Shown: positions 10,121 through 21,516 of the stretch, piece by piece | How positions within the stretch are numbered: the first letter of the stretch is position 1 | How the letters are laid out: each line of letters starts with the position of its first letter | Source: Candidatus Omnitrophota bacterium | GTDB lineage: Bacteria > Omnitrophota > Gorgyraeia > Pluralincolimonadales > Pluralincolimonadaceae | DNA: 64,000 nt | Assembly (NCBI GenBank): GCA_028716565.1 | Contig: JAQUPL010000002.1 | Coordinates: forward strand, 25,491 to 89,490 | Direction of reading: 5' to 3' | Notes under the pieces: model-generated | Seen by the model: only the letters and a program-made list of their open reading frames with translations | What the model was told of the DNA's origin: nothing | Databases searched by the model: none | Translations under genes and position numbers: made by a program

Positions 10121-11562
10121 GCGTCCTCCTCAGCGTTAAATATTTCTTTCCTGAGATCGTATTGACCGGGTTTGCGGTCGCGGTCTTGATCGTCGGGCTC
10201 TTCGTAAAAAGGCGGGCTGTGCTGGGCATGTTCTGCCTGCTCGGAATACTGGCCGCGATCCTGCTCATGCCGCAAAGCTACCAGGCGACATCCCCGCTCT
10301 TCTCCGGGATGCTGATCAACGATTCCTTCTCCGAGTTCTTTAAGGAGATCGTATTTCTCGTCGTCGGCCTTGTCATCCTCGTATCGATGGGATACAGGGC
10401 ATTCTCCGATGAGGACGCGGGCGAGTATTACTTCCTCCTCCTTTCCGTCTTGGTCGCTATGATGATAGCCGCCTCTTCCAATAACCTCATTATGATATAT
10501 ATCGCTCTCGAAGCCGTCTCTCTGATGTCGTATATCCTCGTAGGATTCCTGAAGACCGACCGGCGCTCGAGCGAAGCGGGCCTGAAGTATTTCCTCTTCG
10601 GCGCCCTCGCCACCGGCGTGATGCTTTACGGCATATCGTTCATATACGGCCTCTTCGGCACTACCGACCTCGCGGAGATAAGCCGGGTCCTGGCAGCGGG
10701 GAACGTCAATATCTTCGCCTCGACGATAGCGCTGCTGCTGATCTTCGCCGGGTTGAGTTTCAAATGCGCGCTTGTGCCGTTCCACATGTGGGTGCCGGAC
10801 GCCTACCAGGGCGCGCCGACCCCGGTGACCGCGTTAATATCCGCCGGGCCGAAGGCGATAGGTTTCGCGATACTCATTCGCGTATTCCTCAAGAACTTCT
10901 TCCCTCTCTTCCCCGGATGGTCGGAGACGGTCTCTGTCATCGCGATAATAACTATGACCGCGGGGAATATCCTTGCCATAAACCAGGAAAATATAAAAAG
11001 GCTGCTCGGGTATTCATCCATAGCGCAGGCCGGCTACATATTGATAGGGTTCGTCGTCGGGACCGCTCTGGGGATACAAGGCATGATGTTCTATATACTC
11101 GCTTACGTATTGATGAACATCGGCGCGTTCGGCTGCGTGGCGCTCATATCGAACCGGCTCGGGAACGATTACATCGAGGATTACTCGGGCCTCTCGAAAC
11201 GGGAGCCTGTCCTGGCGTTCCTCCTGACAGTCTTCCTCCTCTCGCTTGCCGGGATCCCGCCGCTGGCCGGATTCTTCGGTAAATTCCTCGTCTTCGCCGC
11301 GGCGATAGAATCCAAGTACTATATCCTAGCGATCGCCGGAGTGATAAACAGCGTCCTGGCCATTTATTATTACGTCAAGATAATCAAATTCATGTACCTG
11401 GCTGAACCGCGCGCCGGGATGCACGTGTCCGTGCTGCCCGTTCCCGCGACGCCCGGGACCGGGGCCGTAAAACTCGCCCTGATCATTGCCCTTATCGGGA
11501 TCATCGTTGCCGGCCTCTTCCCCGGCCTTTTTATCGGCTGGATATCCGCGTCGTTACTTTAG
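10117..11562 (+). CDS. nuoN: NADH-quinone oxidoreductase subunit N
   Basis: 481 aa. ND2-like. Start overlaps the nuoM stop. Confidence 0.9.
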   Translation: MSVLLSVKYFFPEIVLTGFAVAVLIVGLFVKRRAVLGMFCLLGILAAILLMPQSYQATSPLFSGMLINDSFSEFFKEIVFLVVGLVILVSMGYRAFSDEDAGEYYFLLLSVLVAMMIAASSNNLIMIYIALEAVSLMSYILVGFLKTDRRSSEAGLKYFLFGALATGVMLYGISFIYGLFGTTDLAEISRVLAAGNVNIFASTIALLLIFAGLSFKCALVPFHMWVPDAYQGAPTPVTALISAGPKAIGFAILIRVFLKNFFPLFPGWSETVSVIAIITMTAGNILAINQENIKRLLGYSSIAQAGYILIGFVVGTALGIQGMMFYILAYVLMNIGAFGCVALISNRLGNDYIEDYSGLSKREPVLAFLLTVFLLSLAGIPPLAGFFGKFLVFAAAIESKYYILAIAGVINSVLAIYYYVKIIKFMYLAEPRAGMHVSVLPVPATPGTGAVKLALIIALIGIIVAGLFPGLFIGWISASLL

Positions 11563-11567
11563 GAGAC

Positions 11568-12701
11568 GTGATGGAAAAAAAGCGTTTTTTTGTTCTCATC
11601 CTGCTTATTTTCATTTCTCTTCCTCTTTCTGCCGGGGCTGACTCCGTAAAACTTAAGAAGGGCGGCAACCTGTCAGGCATAATCAGGCAGGAGGACGATA
11701 CCTCGATCACTCTCCAGATAGGCATGGGAACGATGAGTATACAAAAAAAAGAGATAGAGTCTGTCCGTAAAGCCGGCGAAAAAGAAAACTATGCCCTGGA
11801 CGCTTCCTTCAGGAAGGCAGCCATCGAAAGAGGGACCTTTGTGCCGCCGGGGCTGGAGGAGATGGCGCAAAAATTAAGGACTATGGCCGAGGACAGGAAA
11901 AAAGTCGACGGCGCCAAGCGACAGCTCGATTCGCTGAAACAAAGGCTGGAAGACGATTCCGATAAATTCAGGTCTATGAGGTCGGATTTCGACAGGAAGA
12001 ACGCGGAGGTCAGCGGGATGGACCCAAAAAGCGATGTCCCGCGCTATAACAGCCTGATAACCGAGCTTAATGCGGCCGGCGTCAAGATCTCGGCCCTGTC
12101 GGAAGAACTAAACAAGATGAACCCAAGGCTGTCGGAATACCAGAACGCGTACTGGAAGGCGATAACCGAGTACGGCAATGAGATCGGGGATTTCGGCATA
12201 TACCTGGATAAGACGGCCGAAGACTTCAAGAAACGCGGGATTACCGACGACGAATCCCTCTACCTCGAGACCGCAAGGATATCTCTCGCGGACCTGCAAA
12301 AAGGCCTGAACAGGGACGCGATCGCCGTCTCAAAAAGCAACCATGGCATGACGGTAAAGGCCGTGCTTAACGGCGAGGTCACCTGCCTGCTGGCCGTCGA
12401 TACAGGCGCTGCGGTAGTGGTAATAACGAGATCTATCGCCGACAGGCTCGAGATAAATCCCAGCGATTCGCTGGAAGACGTGCAATTCACGCTGGCCGAC
12501 GGCAGTATCATCAAAAGCAAGGTCGTTAAGATAAAGAGCGTCCGGGTCGGGAATTCCACGGTCCATGACGTCGCGGCGGCCGTAACGGACAAACCGCCGG
12601 GAGCGGGAGTGGACGGGCTCTTGGGTATGTCTTTCCTGAACAACTTTAATATCAAGATGGATGTAGCGAACGGGAAGCTGATACTGGAAACGATAAAATA
12701 G
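11568..12701 (+). CDS. Secreted coiled-coil protein with C-terminal retropepsin-like (clan AA, TIGR02281-type) aspartic protease domain
   Basis: 377 aa. N-terminal signal peptide (LILLIFISLPLSAGA) and a charged coiled-coil region. The C-terminal 120 aa contain LLAVDTGAAVVVI (the D-T-G-A catalytic motif) and GLLGMSFLNNF, typical of bacterial retropepsin-like proteases. Confidence 0.7.
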   Translation: MMEKKRFFVLILLIFISLPLSAGADSVKLKKGGNLSGIIRQEDDTSITLQIGMGTMSIQKKEIESVRKAGEKENYALDASFRKAAIERGTFVPPGLEEMAQKLRTMAEDRKKVDGAKRQLDSLKQRLEDDSDKFRSMRSDFDRKNAEVSGMDPKSDVPRYNSLITELNAAGVKISALSEELNKMNPRLSEYQNAYWKAITEYGNEIGDFGIYLDKTAEDFKKRGITDDESLYLETARISLADLQKGLNRDAIAVSKSNHGMTVKAVLNGEVTCLLAVDTGAAVVVITRSIADRLEINPSDSLEDVQFTLADGSIIKSKVVKIKSVRVGNSTVHDVAAAVTDKPPGAGVDGLLGMSFLNNFNIKMDVANGKLILETIK

Positions 12702-12707
12702 CCTCGG

Positions 12708-13010
12708 TTGAAAATATGCTTGCCGGTGTGTTATAATATGCAGATCGAAGACAGGAAGAAGGCGGATTTCTACAAATGGACCAAGATCTGGGGGCTTCTC
12801 TCCTTTGTGCCCGTCGTCCTGGCCGCAGGCCCGCTTGCGGGGTACTTTCTGGGCGATTACCTGGAGAAGAAGATCGGGTACGCGCCTTACCTGTCCCTTA
12901 TCGGCATGGCGCTCGGTTTCTTCACGAGCATAAGGGAGATAATAAAGATATTGAAGCTGGTCCAGAAGACGGACCCGAAACCAAATAAGTCGGAAAATCG
13001 TCATGACTGA
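12708..13010 (+). CDS. AtpZ/AtpI-like small membrane protein preceding atpB
   Basis: 100 aa. Two TM helices rich in GxxxG (GLLSFVPVVLAAGPLAGYFLGDYLE...LSLIGMALGFFTSI) and positioned immediately 5' of atpB. The true start may be the internal Met of MQIEDRKK. Confidence 0.55.
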   Translation: MKICLPVCYNMQIEDRKKADFYKWTKIWGLLSFVPVVLAAGPLAGYFLGDYLEKKIGYAPYLSLIGMALGFFTSIREIIKILKLVQKTDPKPNKSENRHD

Positions 13011-13752
13011 AACGCACGCCGCACAACCCGAACTGCAGAATTTCGTGGGGCTTCTCGCCGAGAAGCTCGAGGGGACTCCTTTCGCGCATTTCCTCCTTAT
13101 CTGGGAGAATGTGATATTCTCTCTGATAATAGTCGCGGTCATTTCCCTTCTCGCCTATTTCGCCTCGAGGAAGAGTTCTATGATCCCGGGCAGGCTACAG
13201 CTCTTCATGGAGATGATCGTAGGCGGGCTGGATGATTTCGTCTGCGGGATACTCGGCCCTGACGGGAAAAGGTTCACTCCCTTTATCGGGACGCTCTTCA
13301 TATATATCCTTTTCATGAACCTCTTAGGGCTTATCCCGTTCTTTAAGTCGTCTACGGCGAACCTCTCGACGACCGTAGCGCTCGCGCTCTGCGTCTTCCT
13401 TTACGTCCAATATACCGCGATCAAGGAGAACGGCCTGCTCGGGTACATAGACCACCTGATGGGCAACCCGCGCGGGATAATAGCCTTTACCGTCTTTATT
13501 CCTGTCCTCCTTTTTTTCATACACATAATTTCCGAACTTGTAAAACCGGTAAGCCTGGCATTACGTCTCCGCAGCAACATCTGGGCCGAGGATATGTTGC
13601 TGGCTGTGTCGGCGCAATTCGGTATCGGCGGAGTGCCGTTATTTCTCTTCAACATGCTTTTGGTCATATTGAGCGGGATCATGCAGGCGGTAGTCTTCAG
13701 CCTGCTGACCACCGTATATTTCGCGTTAGTGATGCCGCACCACGAAGAATAG
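13003..13752 (+). CDS. atpB: F0F1 ATP synthase subunit a
   Basis: 249 aa. Essential Arg in LALRLRSNIWAEDML and a 5-6 TM profile. Confidence 0.9.
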   Translation: MTETHAAQPELQNFVGLLAEKLEGTPFAHFLLIWENVIFSLIIVAVISLLAYFASRKSSMIPGRLQLFMEMIVGGLDDFVCGILGPDGKRFTPFIGTLFIYILFMNLLGLIPFFKSSTANLSTTVALALCVFLYVQYTAIKENGLLGYIDHLMGNPRGIIAFTVFIPVLLFFIHIISELVKPVSLALRLRSNIWAEDMLLAVSAQFGIGGVPLFLFNMLLVILSGIMQAVVFSLLTTVYFALVMPHHEE

Positions 13753-13848
13753 TAACGATTCCCGCTGAAGGCGGGATTAAATTCGGCCTTATAAGTTACG
13801 CCGCTGTTGCGCCGCAACTTATGGCCTCATTTAAAAAGGAGGTAGGTA

Positions 13849-14079
13849 ATGGACTACAAGGCTATGCTTTCGATCTCCGTCCCGATAGGGCTGGCGATCG
13901 CGGCGTTCGGTTCCGCCATCGCTCTCGGAAAGGCCGTAGCTGCGGCAATGGAGGCGACGGCGAGGCAGCCTGAGGCGTCTATGAAGATACTAATCAACAT
14001 GATCGCCGGTTGCGCGCTTATCGAGGCCCTGACGATCTACGCTTTGGTGCTCTCTTTCTCTCTTCTCGGAAAGATCTAG
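13849..14079 (+). CDS. atpE: F0F1 ATP synthase subunit c
   Basis: 76 aa hairpin proteolipid. Conserved carboxylate in IEALTIYALV. Confidence 0.95.
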   Translation: MDYKAMLSISVPIGLAIAAFGSAIALGKAVAAAMEATARQPEASMKILINMIAGCALIEALTIYALVLSFSLLGKI

Positions 14080-14090
14080 CAGATCAAGAG

Positions 14091-14588
14091 ATGGACCTAT
14101 TAAAGCTGCTTACAACTAATGAGATAGTCGCGCAGATAATAAGTTTCCTTCTGCTCATGGCCCTTCTGCGCGTATTCGCGTGGAAGAAACTGCTCAAACT
14201 GCTCGACGACAGGCGCGCGCGGATCGCCTCGGAGTTCAAGAAGATCGAGGATGCGCAGGCCGCGGTCGAGCGCATGAGGTCCGACTACGGCAAGAAGCTC
14301 GCGGATATCGAGTCCGAGTCCCGCGCCAGGATACAGGAGGCCATAAACGAGGGGAAGCAGTTCTCCCTGGAGATAAGGGAGAACGCGCGGCAGGAAGCGC
14401 GCGCCATCCTGGACAAGGCGCAGGAAAATATAGAGAATGAGGTCTTAAAGGCCAGGCAGGAATTGAAGGAAAGGGTCGTCGAGCTTACGCTCGGCACGAC
14501 CGAGAAACTCCTAAAGGAGAAGATCACCGGCGAAAAGGACAAAAAACTCGCCTCTGATTTCCTTGATGAGCTCGAGAAGGTCAAATGA
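14091..14588 (+). CDS. atpF: F0F1 ATP synthase subunit b
   Basis: 165 aa from the internal Met (MDLLKLLTTNEIVAQIISFLLL...). One TM followed by a long charged helix. The track ORF start at 14010 overlaps atpE and is unlikely. Confidence 0.85.
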   Translation: MDLLKLLTTNEIVAQIISFLLLMALLRVFAWKKLLKLLDDRRARIASEFKKIEDAQAAVERMRSDYGKKLADIESESRARIQEAINEGKQFSLEIRENARQEARAILDKAQENIENEVLKARQELKERVVELTLGTTEKLLKEKITGEKDKKLASDFLDELEKVK

Positions 14589-15133
14589 GTGACAGGGCAG
14601 TCGCGAGAAGATACGCCGATGGGTTCCTCGCCTTCGCCAAGGATACGATAGGGACGAAAAAGGGCCTCGAGGAGATAATCTCTTTCGGGGAAATCTTGAA
14701 CGAGAACCCGGAGCTTTCGAAATTCCTTGAGAACCCTGAGATAACCTGCGCGGAGAAATCCGGATTCGTGGATGCTGCCTTCAAGTCCATCCTCTCTATT
14801 GAGACGCGGGACTTCATAAAATTGATAATCGAGAAACGCCGCAGCGAAGAAGCAGTCGATATCGCCGACGAGGCGAAGATACTCTATCGCCGCGAGATGG
14901 GGATAGAGAAGGCCGTAATAAAAAGCGCGAAGCCGCTGCCGCAGGATATAGTCCGGATGATCAAGGACAGGCTCGAGGGCAAATTCGAGAAAAAACTTGA
15001 ATTTGAGATAGCGATAGACCCCGGCCTCCTCGGCGGGGTGCAGGCGACCGTAGGCAATATCGTCATAGACGGCTCGGTGAAAAGGAAACTCTACGAATTA
15101 AAGGAATATCTAATGGAGAGCAAGGTAGAATAA
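14585..15133 (+). CDS. atpH: F0F1 ATP synthase subunit delta (OSCP)
   Basis: 182 aa. Helical OSCP N-domain in canonical operon position. Confidence 0.85.
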   Translation: MSDRAVARRYADGFLAFAKDTIGTKKGLEEIISFGEILNENPELSKFLENPEITCAEKSGFVDAAFKSILSIETRDFIKLIIEKRRSEEAVDIADEAKILYRREMGIEKAVIKSAKPLPQDIVRMIKDRLEGKFEKKLEFEIAIDPGLLGGVQATVGNIVIDGSVKRKLYELKEYLMESKVE

Positions 15134-15134
15134 T

Positions 15135-16670
15135 ATGGCGATAAGACCCGAAGAAGTCGCTTCAGTGATCAGGAAAGAACTGGAAAAATTCAAGTCGAAG
15201 ATGAAGATGGAGTCCGTCGGCACGGTGCTCCAGGTCGGGGACGGGATCGCCCGTGTTTACGGCCTCGACGATGTAATGGCCGGCGAGCTCGTCGAACTGC
15301 CTGGAGGGATCATGGGCATGGTCCTCAACCTTGAGGAAGAGAGCGTTGGCGTCGTCATCTTCGGTTCCGATGAGACCATAAAAGACGGCGATACCGTCAA
15401 GAGGACGGGAAAGATCGTGCAGGTGCCCGTCGGCAAGGCGCTTGTCGGGCGCGTAGTCGACGCTCTGGGAAATCCTATAGACGATAAGGGGCCTGTCGTG
15501 ACTGACAAATTCAGGCCTGTCGAAGGGCATTCCCCGAACGTCATCCAGCGCCAGCCGGTAAAGGAACCGCTCCAGACCGGGATAAAAGCCATCGATTCGA
15601 TGATACCCATAGGCCGCGGGCAGCGCGAACTTATAATCGGCGACAGGCAAATAGGAAAGACCGCTATCGCCGTCGATACGATAATAAACCAGAAAGACAA
15701 GGATATATACTGTATATACGTCGCCGTAGGGCAAAAGCTTTCCACCATCGTTTCGGTGGCCGAAACGCTGGCTAAATATGGGGCCATGGATTATACGGTG
15801 ATCGTAAGCTCGCCGGCAGAGGCCCCTGCCCCGCTGCAATACCTGGCTCCGTACGCGGGATGCGCTATCGGTGAGGAGTTTATGTATAACGGTAAACACG
15901 CGCTTGTGATATATGACGACCTTTCAAAACACGCGCAGGCTTACAGGCAGCTCTCGCTCCTGTTGAGGCGTCCGCCGGGCCGCGAGGCGTATCCGGGGGA
16001 CATCTTCTATCTCCACTCCAGGCTTCTCGAGCGCGCCGCGAAACTATCGGATGATCTCGGCGGAGGTTCGCTTACGGCCCTGCCTTTCATAGAAACGCAG
16101 GCCGGCGACATAACAAGCTATATCCCTACGAATGTCATCTCCATCACCGACGGGCAAATATACCTTGAGGCCGACCTCTTCTACGCAGGGGTAAGGCCGG
16201 CCATAAACGTCGGGCTCTCGGTATCGCGCGTCGGAGGCAAGGCGCAGACGAAGGCGATGAAGGGCGTAGCCGGAAGGCTGAGGATAGACCTGGCGCAATA
16301 CCGCGAACTTGTGGCTTTCGCCCAGTTTGGTTCGGAGCTCGACAAAGTGACCCAGGCTCAGCTTACGCGCGGGGAAAGGATGACCGAGATACTGAAGCAG
16401 GGCCAGTACGAGCCCCTCCCCTTATCAAAGCAGGTCATGATAATCTACGCCGGGACAAAGGGCTATCTCGACGATATGCCGCTAGACTGGATCAAGAAGT
16501 TCGAGTCGGGTTTCTATAAGTTCATGGGCGAGAAATACCCGGACGTCGAGCACGAGATAGAAACCAAGAAAGAGCTTAGCGACGCGCTGACAAAAAAACT
16601 CGACAAGGCCATACTGGAATTCAAGAACCAGTTTTCCGAGCCGCTGGTAAGAAATGATACTATCACTTAG
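15135..16670 (+). CDS. atpA: F0F1 ATP synthase subunit alpha
   Basis: 511 aa. Walker A GDRQIGKT and classic alpha signatures. Confidence 0.97.
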   Translation: MAIRPEEVASVIRKELEKFKSKMKMESVGTVLQVGDGIARVYGLDDVMAGELVELPGGIMGMVLNLEEESVGVVIFGSDETIKDGDTVKRTGKIVQVPVGKALVGRVVDALGNPIDDKGPVVTDKFRPVEGHSPNVIQRQPVKEPLQTGIKAIDSMIPIGRGQRELIIGDRQIGKTAIAVDTIINQKDKDIYCIYVAVGQKLSTIVSVAETLAKYGAMDYTVIVSSPAEAPAPLQYLAPYAGCAIGEEFMYNGKHALVIYDDLSKHAQAYRQLSLLLRRPPGREAYPGDIFYLHSRLLERAAKLSDDLGGGSLTALPFIETQAGDITSYIPTNVISITDGQIYLEADLFYAGVRPAINVGLSVSRVGGKAQTKAMKGVAGRLRIDLAQYRELVAFAQFGSELDKVTQAQLTRGERMTEILKQGQYEPLPLSKQVMIIYAGTKGYLDDMPLDWIKKFESGFYKFMGEKYPDVEHEIETKKELSDALTKKLDKAILEFKNQFSEPLVRNDTIT

Positions 16671-17559
16671 GCAGATAAAGAGAAGGATAAAAAGCGTCGA
16701 GAGCACGAAGAAGATAACGCGCGCGATGCAGATGGTCTCTACGGCTAAATTCAAGAGAAGCGAGGATATGCTCTATATCGGAAGGCCCTATTACCTGAAA
16801 CTCGATTCGATACTCCAGAAGCTCATCGCAAGCCTTAAGCCCGAGGAACTGGGGACGCATCCCCTCCTCGAGGATAGGGCCGAGAAGAAAAATCTCGCGA
16901 TCTGCTTGATCACCTCGGACAGCGGGCTATGCAGCGTATATAATAACAACATCATTCGCGTCACGGAAGATTTCATAGAGCAGCACGGCAAGGAAAAGAT
17001 CAAACTTGTCGCCATCGGGCGCAAGGGTTTCGCGTATTTCGCAAAGCGCGACGTGAAGATCGCGAAGAGCTATATCGGGCTTCATGGCCGCTACTCCCCC
17101 GAGACGGCCGATGAGATAGCGGACGCCCTCACCGGGATGTTCCTGAGCGGGGAGGCCGATGAAGTGTATATTGCGCACACGCATTTCGGGTCGGCGATGA
17201 GATACCACACGAGGGTAAGGAAACTCCTTAACATCGTCCCTGCTCCTCCGGGTGCCGGGACGGCGGAACCGAAGGAGCGCGCCGCAAGGGAAGGCGAGAT
17301 AGAGTTTATCGCCGAACCGAGCATGGAAAAAATATTAAAAGACCTTATACCAAGATACGTTTCAGTCAAGACAAGGCTGATACTGCTCGATGCGTTCACT
17401 TCCGAGCATTCGGCAAGGATGATGGCCATGCAGACGGCGACTGATAACGCAGTCGAATTGATCGACAGCCTTACCATGCTGAGGAACAAGGCGCGGCAGG
17501 CCTCTATAACAGGTGAAGTGCTCCAGGTCGCGACAACGGCCGAAGCTTTGAAAGGATAA
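16654..17559 (+). CDS. atpG: F0F1 ATP synthase subunit gamma
   Basis: 301 aa. N-terminal [29 protein letters not shown]. Confidence 0.9.
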   Translation: MILSLRQIKRRIKSVESTKKITRAMQMVSTAKFKRSEDMLYIGRPYYLKLDSILQKLIASLKPEELGTHPLLEDRAEKKNLAICLITSDSGLCSVYNNNIIRVTEDFIEQHGKEKIKLVAIGRKGFAYFAKRDVKIAKSYIGLHGRYSPETADEIADALTGMFLSGEADEVYIAHTHFGSAMRYHTRVRKLLNIVPAPPGAGTAEPKERAAREGEIEFIAEPSMEKILKDLIPRYVSVKTRLILLDAFTSEHSARMMAMQTATDNAVELIDSLTMLRNKARQASITGEVLQVATTAEALKG

Positions 17560-17563
17560 ATAA

Positions 17564-18973
<1,410 letters not shown>

Positions 18974-18980
18974 ACGGCTG

Positions 18981-19250
18981 ATGGCTGAAAAATTATTTAA
19001 AATAAGCATTACTACTCCCGAAAAGACGATATTCGAGGGCGAGATATCCTCCCTTGTGGCGCCGGGAGAGGGGGGCTATTTCGGGGTACTGGTCGACCAT
19101 GCCCCGCTTATTGCGAACATCATCCCCGGGAAGATAACAATTAAAGATACGTCGGAGCAGCCTACGGTATTCAAGTGCAAAAGCACCGGCATACTTGAAG
19201 TCCTCAAGAACAACGTAAATATACTGGTAGACTCGGCGGAGCGCGTTTGA
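18981..19250 (+). CDS. atpC: F0F1 ATP synthase subunit epsilon, truncated form (beta-sandwich only)
   Basis: 89 aa. The N-terminal beta-sandwich domain is recognisable, but the C-terminal helical hairpin (about 40-50 aa) is absent. Confidence 0.8.
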   Translation: MAEKLFKISITTPEKTIFEGEISSLVAPGEGGYFGVLVDHAPLIANIIPGKITIKDTSEQPTVFKCKSTGILEVLKNNVNILVDSAERV

Positions 19251-19340
19251 ATACTTTAAGCGCGAAGATCGGGCAGCCGCCGAATACTTCGGTTCTCCCC
19301 CGTTTCGTATTCCCCAAAAAACATATCGCGGAAACTTAAA

Positions 19341-19910
19341 CTATTTCCTGCTCCCGGGCTTGATGACCGGTTTTCCGGCTTTGCAGAGCGGGCAGTCTTC
19401 AGGCTGGAATGTCTCGATCTTCAATTGGGCGAGCGACTTGAAAGGTACGCTGAATTTCGCCTTGCCGCCCGACCTGTCAATTATCGCGCCAACACCTACC
19501 GCTTCCGCGCCGAGGCCCTTTACGAGGTCTACGACTTCCTGAGCCGAGCCGCCGGTAGTGGCGACATCTTCTATTACCAATACTTTTTCGCCGGGCTTAA
19601 GCTTGAACCCGCGCCTCAATGCCATCTTCCCCTCTGCTCTCTCGGAAAATATCCCTCTTACGCCCAGGGCGCGGGCGACTTCATAGGCCGCGGTGATCCC
19701 GCCGACAGCCGGCCCTATCACGACGTCTATCTTTTCGCCTTTAAACTTGCCGCCGAGTTCTTTGCATAATTTTGCGGCAATCGCGGGATCGGCCAGAACG
19801 AGCGCGCACTGGAGGTAATACTCGCTATGCAGCCCGCTCGAGAGCTTGAAATGGCCTTTATGGAACGCGCCCTGTTCCTCGAATATCTTCATTACCGCTT
19901 CCTGGTTCAA
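19341..19910 (-). CDS. pyrE: Orotate phosphoribosyltransferase
   Basis: 189 aa. PRPP-binding motif VLVIEDVATTGGS. Confidence 0.9.
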   Translation of the reverse strand: MNQEAVMKIFEEQGAFHKGHFKLSSGLHSEYYLQCALVLADPAIAAKLCKELGGKFKGEKIDVVIGPAVGGITAAYEVARALGVRGIFSERAEGKMALRRGFKLKPGEKVLVIEDVATTGGSAQEVVDLVKGLGAEAVGVGAIIDRSGGKAKFSVPFKSLAQLKIETFQPEDCPLCKAGKPVIKPGSRK

Positions 19911-20617
19911 CTCTCCATCTCCTTTATTATCTTCCTCGCCACCGCTAGCGGGTCTTTAGTCTCGATCACCGGGCGGCCGACAACTATATAATCGGCCCCG
20001 GCTCTAACAGCACCCGCCGGGGTCATTATCCTCTTCTGGTCGTCCTTTTCCGCGCCTGCCGGGCGTATCCCCGGGGTTACTATTATAAAATCCTTGCCGA
20101 GGTTCTTCCTGATGAGGCTTGTCTCGCCGGGTGAAGCCACCACCCCGTCAAGCCCCGAGTCTTTCCCCAGTCTCGCAAGCGTGACGACCTCGTCTTCAAT
20201 TTTCATATTTATACCGACCTCGCCTATCGAAGACTGGTCCATGCTTGTAAGCACCGTGACTCCCAGGAGTTTCGGCTTCTTCTCCGACTCCCGCGCCGCC
20301 TCTACGGCCCTCATCATCATCTCCGAACCGCCGAGCGCGTGGATATTCATCATGAACACGCCTAACTTCGCGGCCGACCTTACCGCATGGGCGACGGTAT
20401 TGGGGATGTCGTGGAATTTAAGGTCGAGGAATACCCTGGCGCCGCTGTCGTGCACGAGCGCGACCGCATCCGGGCCGCATAAAGTGAACAGGCCCATGCC
20501 GACCTTGAATATCCGCACGTCCGGGCTTAATTTTTTTACCATCTCTTTTGCCTCGGCGAGCGATCTCAAGTCGAGCGCTACTATAAGTTTTTCGGAAGCT
20601 TTTATGCCCTGAGGCAT
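19907..20617 (-). CDS. pyrF: Orotidine 5'-phosphate decarboxylase
   Basis: 236 aa. LIVALDL...FKVG...DLKFHDIPNTV signature. Confidence 0.9.
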   Translation of the reverse strand: MPQGIKASEKLIVALDLRSLAEAKEMVKKLSPDVRIFKVGMGLFTLCGPDAVALVHDSGARVFLDLKFHDIPNTVAHAVRSAAKLGVFMMNIHALGGSEMMMRAVEAARESEKKPKLLGVTVLTSMDQSSIGEVGINMKIEDEVVTLARLGKDSGLDGVVASPGETSLIRKNLGKDFIIVTPGIRPAGAEKDDQKRIMTPAGAVRAGADYIVVGRPVIETKDPLAVARKIIKEMES

Positions 20618-21516
20618 CCGGTGAGTTCCTTTATGTTTTTTACCTTCTCTTGCCGCATATATTCTTCTATCCCCCTGACGATATCGGCAGCGGCCTTCGG
20701 ATTTACGAAATTTGCGGTCCCGACCTGGACAGCGGAAGCGCCGGCTATTATAAATTCAACCGCGTCCTCGTAATTCATTATGCCGCCGATGCCGATGACC
20801 GGTATCTTCACCTTTTTAGCCGTCTCCCAGACCATGCGCAAGGCAACCGGCTTTATAGCCGGACCGCTTAAGCCTCCTATTATATTACCCAGGACCGGCC
20901 TCTTCGTATCTATATCTATCGCCATCCCTGTAAATGTATTTACCAGCGAAACCGCATCCGCGCCCGCATCCTCCGCGGCCATCGCTATCTCGGTTATGTC
21001 TTTTACGTTGGGAGAAAGCTTTGCAATGACCGGTTTTCTTGAAGCCCTCCTTACCGCCCCGACCACGGCGGCCGTCGAACCGGGCTCCCTCGCGAATTCA
21101 AGCCCGCCCTTCACGTTTGGGCATGATATATTTATCTCTATGGCGTCTATCCTTTTTGTTTTATCGAACTTCCCGGCGATCGCCGCATAATCTTCCACCC
21201 TGTGCGCGGCTATCGAGACGATGACCGCTGTCTTGACCTTGTTCAGGAACGGGAGCTTATCTTTGATAAAGGCGTCTATGCCGTCATTTTGGAGCCCGAT
21301 GGAATTGAGCATGCCTGACGGCGTCTCGACGACGCGAGGAGGGACGTTACCCTCCCTGGGGTTCAGGGTCACCGATTTGGTCACGATAGCCCCAAGCTTG
21401 TTCAGGTCTACGAGCTTCCCGTATTCTTCACCTGACCCGAATGTCCCGGATGCGACAAGCACCGGATTCTTAAGTTCGAGCCCGCCTATCTTCACCTTAA
21501 GGTTCGGCTTTACCAT
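20602..21516 (-). CDS. pyrD: Dihydroorotate dehydrogenase (class 1B) catalytic subunit
   Basis: 304 aa. TIM-barrel DHODH motifs (NPVLVASGTFG, NSIGLQN), paired with pyrK. Confidence 0.9.
   Translation of the reverse strand: MVKPNLKVKIGGLELKNPVLVASGTFGSGEEYGKLVDLNKLGAIVTKSVTLNPREGNVPPRVVETPSGMLNSIGLQNDGIDAFIKDKLPFLNKVKTAVIVSIAAHRVEDYAAIAGKFDKTKRIDAIEINISCPNVKGGLEFAREPGSTAAVVGAVRRASRKPVIAKLSPNVKDITEIAMAAEDAGADAVSLVNTFTGMAIDIDTKRPVLGNIIGGLSGPAIKPVALRMVWETAKKVKIPVIGIGGIMNYEDAVEFIIAGASAVQVGTANFVNPKAAADIVRGIEEYMRQEKVKNIKELTGCLRA

Noticed and set aside
9919-10785. 288-aa minus-strand ORF across the nuoM/nuoN junction
   Set aside because: It is antisense to two conserved nuo genes, with an acidic/Arg-rich low-complexity product.
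12330-13142. 270-aa minus-strand ORF overlapping the protease gene 3' end, atpZ and the atpB start
   Set aside because: It is antisense to three co-oriented genes that have clear homology. It is spurious.
15162-15899. 245-aa and 176-aa minus-strand ORFs inside atpA
   Set aside because: They are antisense to atpA.
19251-19340. Possible bidirectional terminator between the convergent atpC and pyrE genes
   Set aside because: There is only a weak 5-bp stem (ccgaa/ttcgg) without a convincing U-tract on either strand. This is too weak to annotate.
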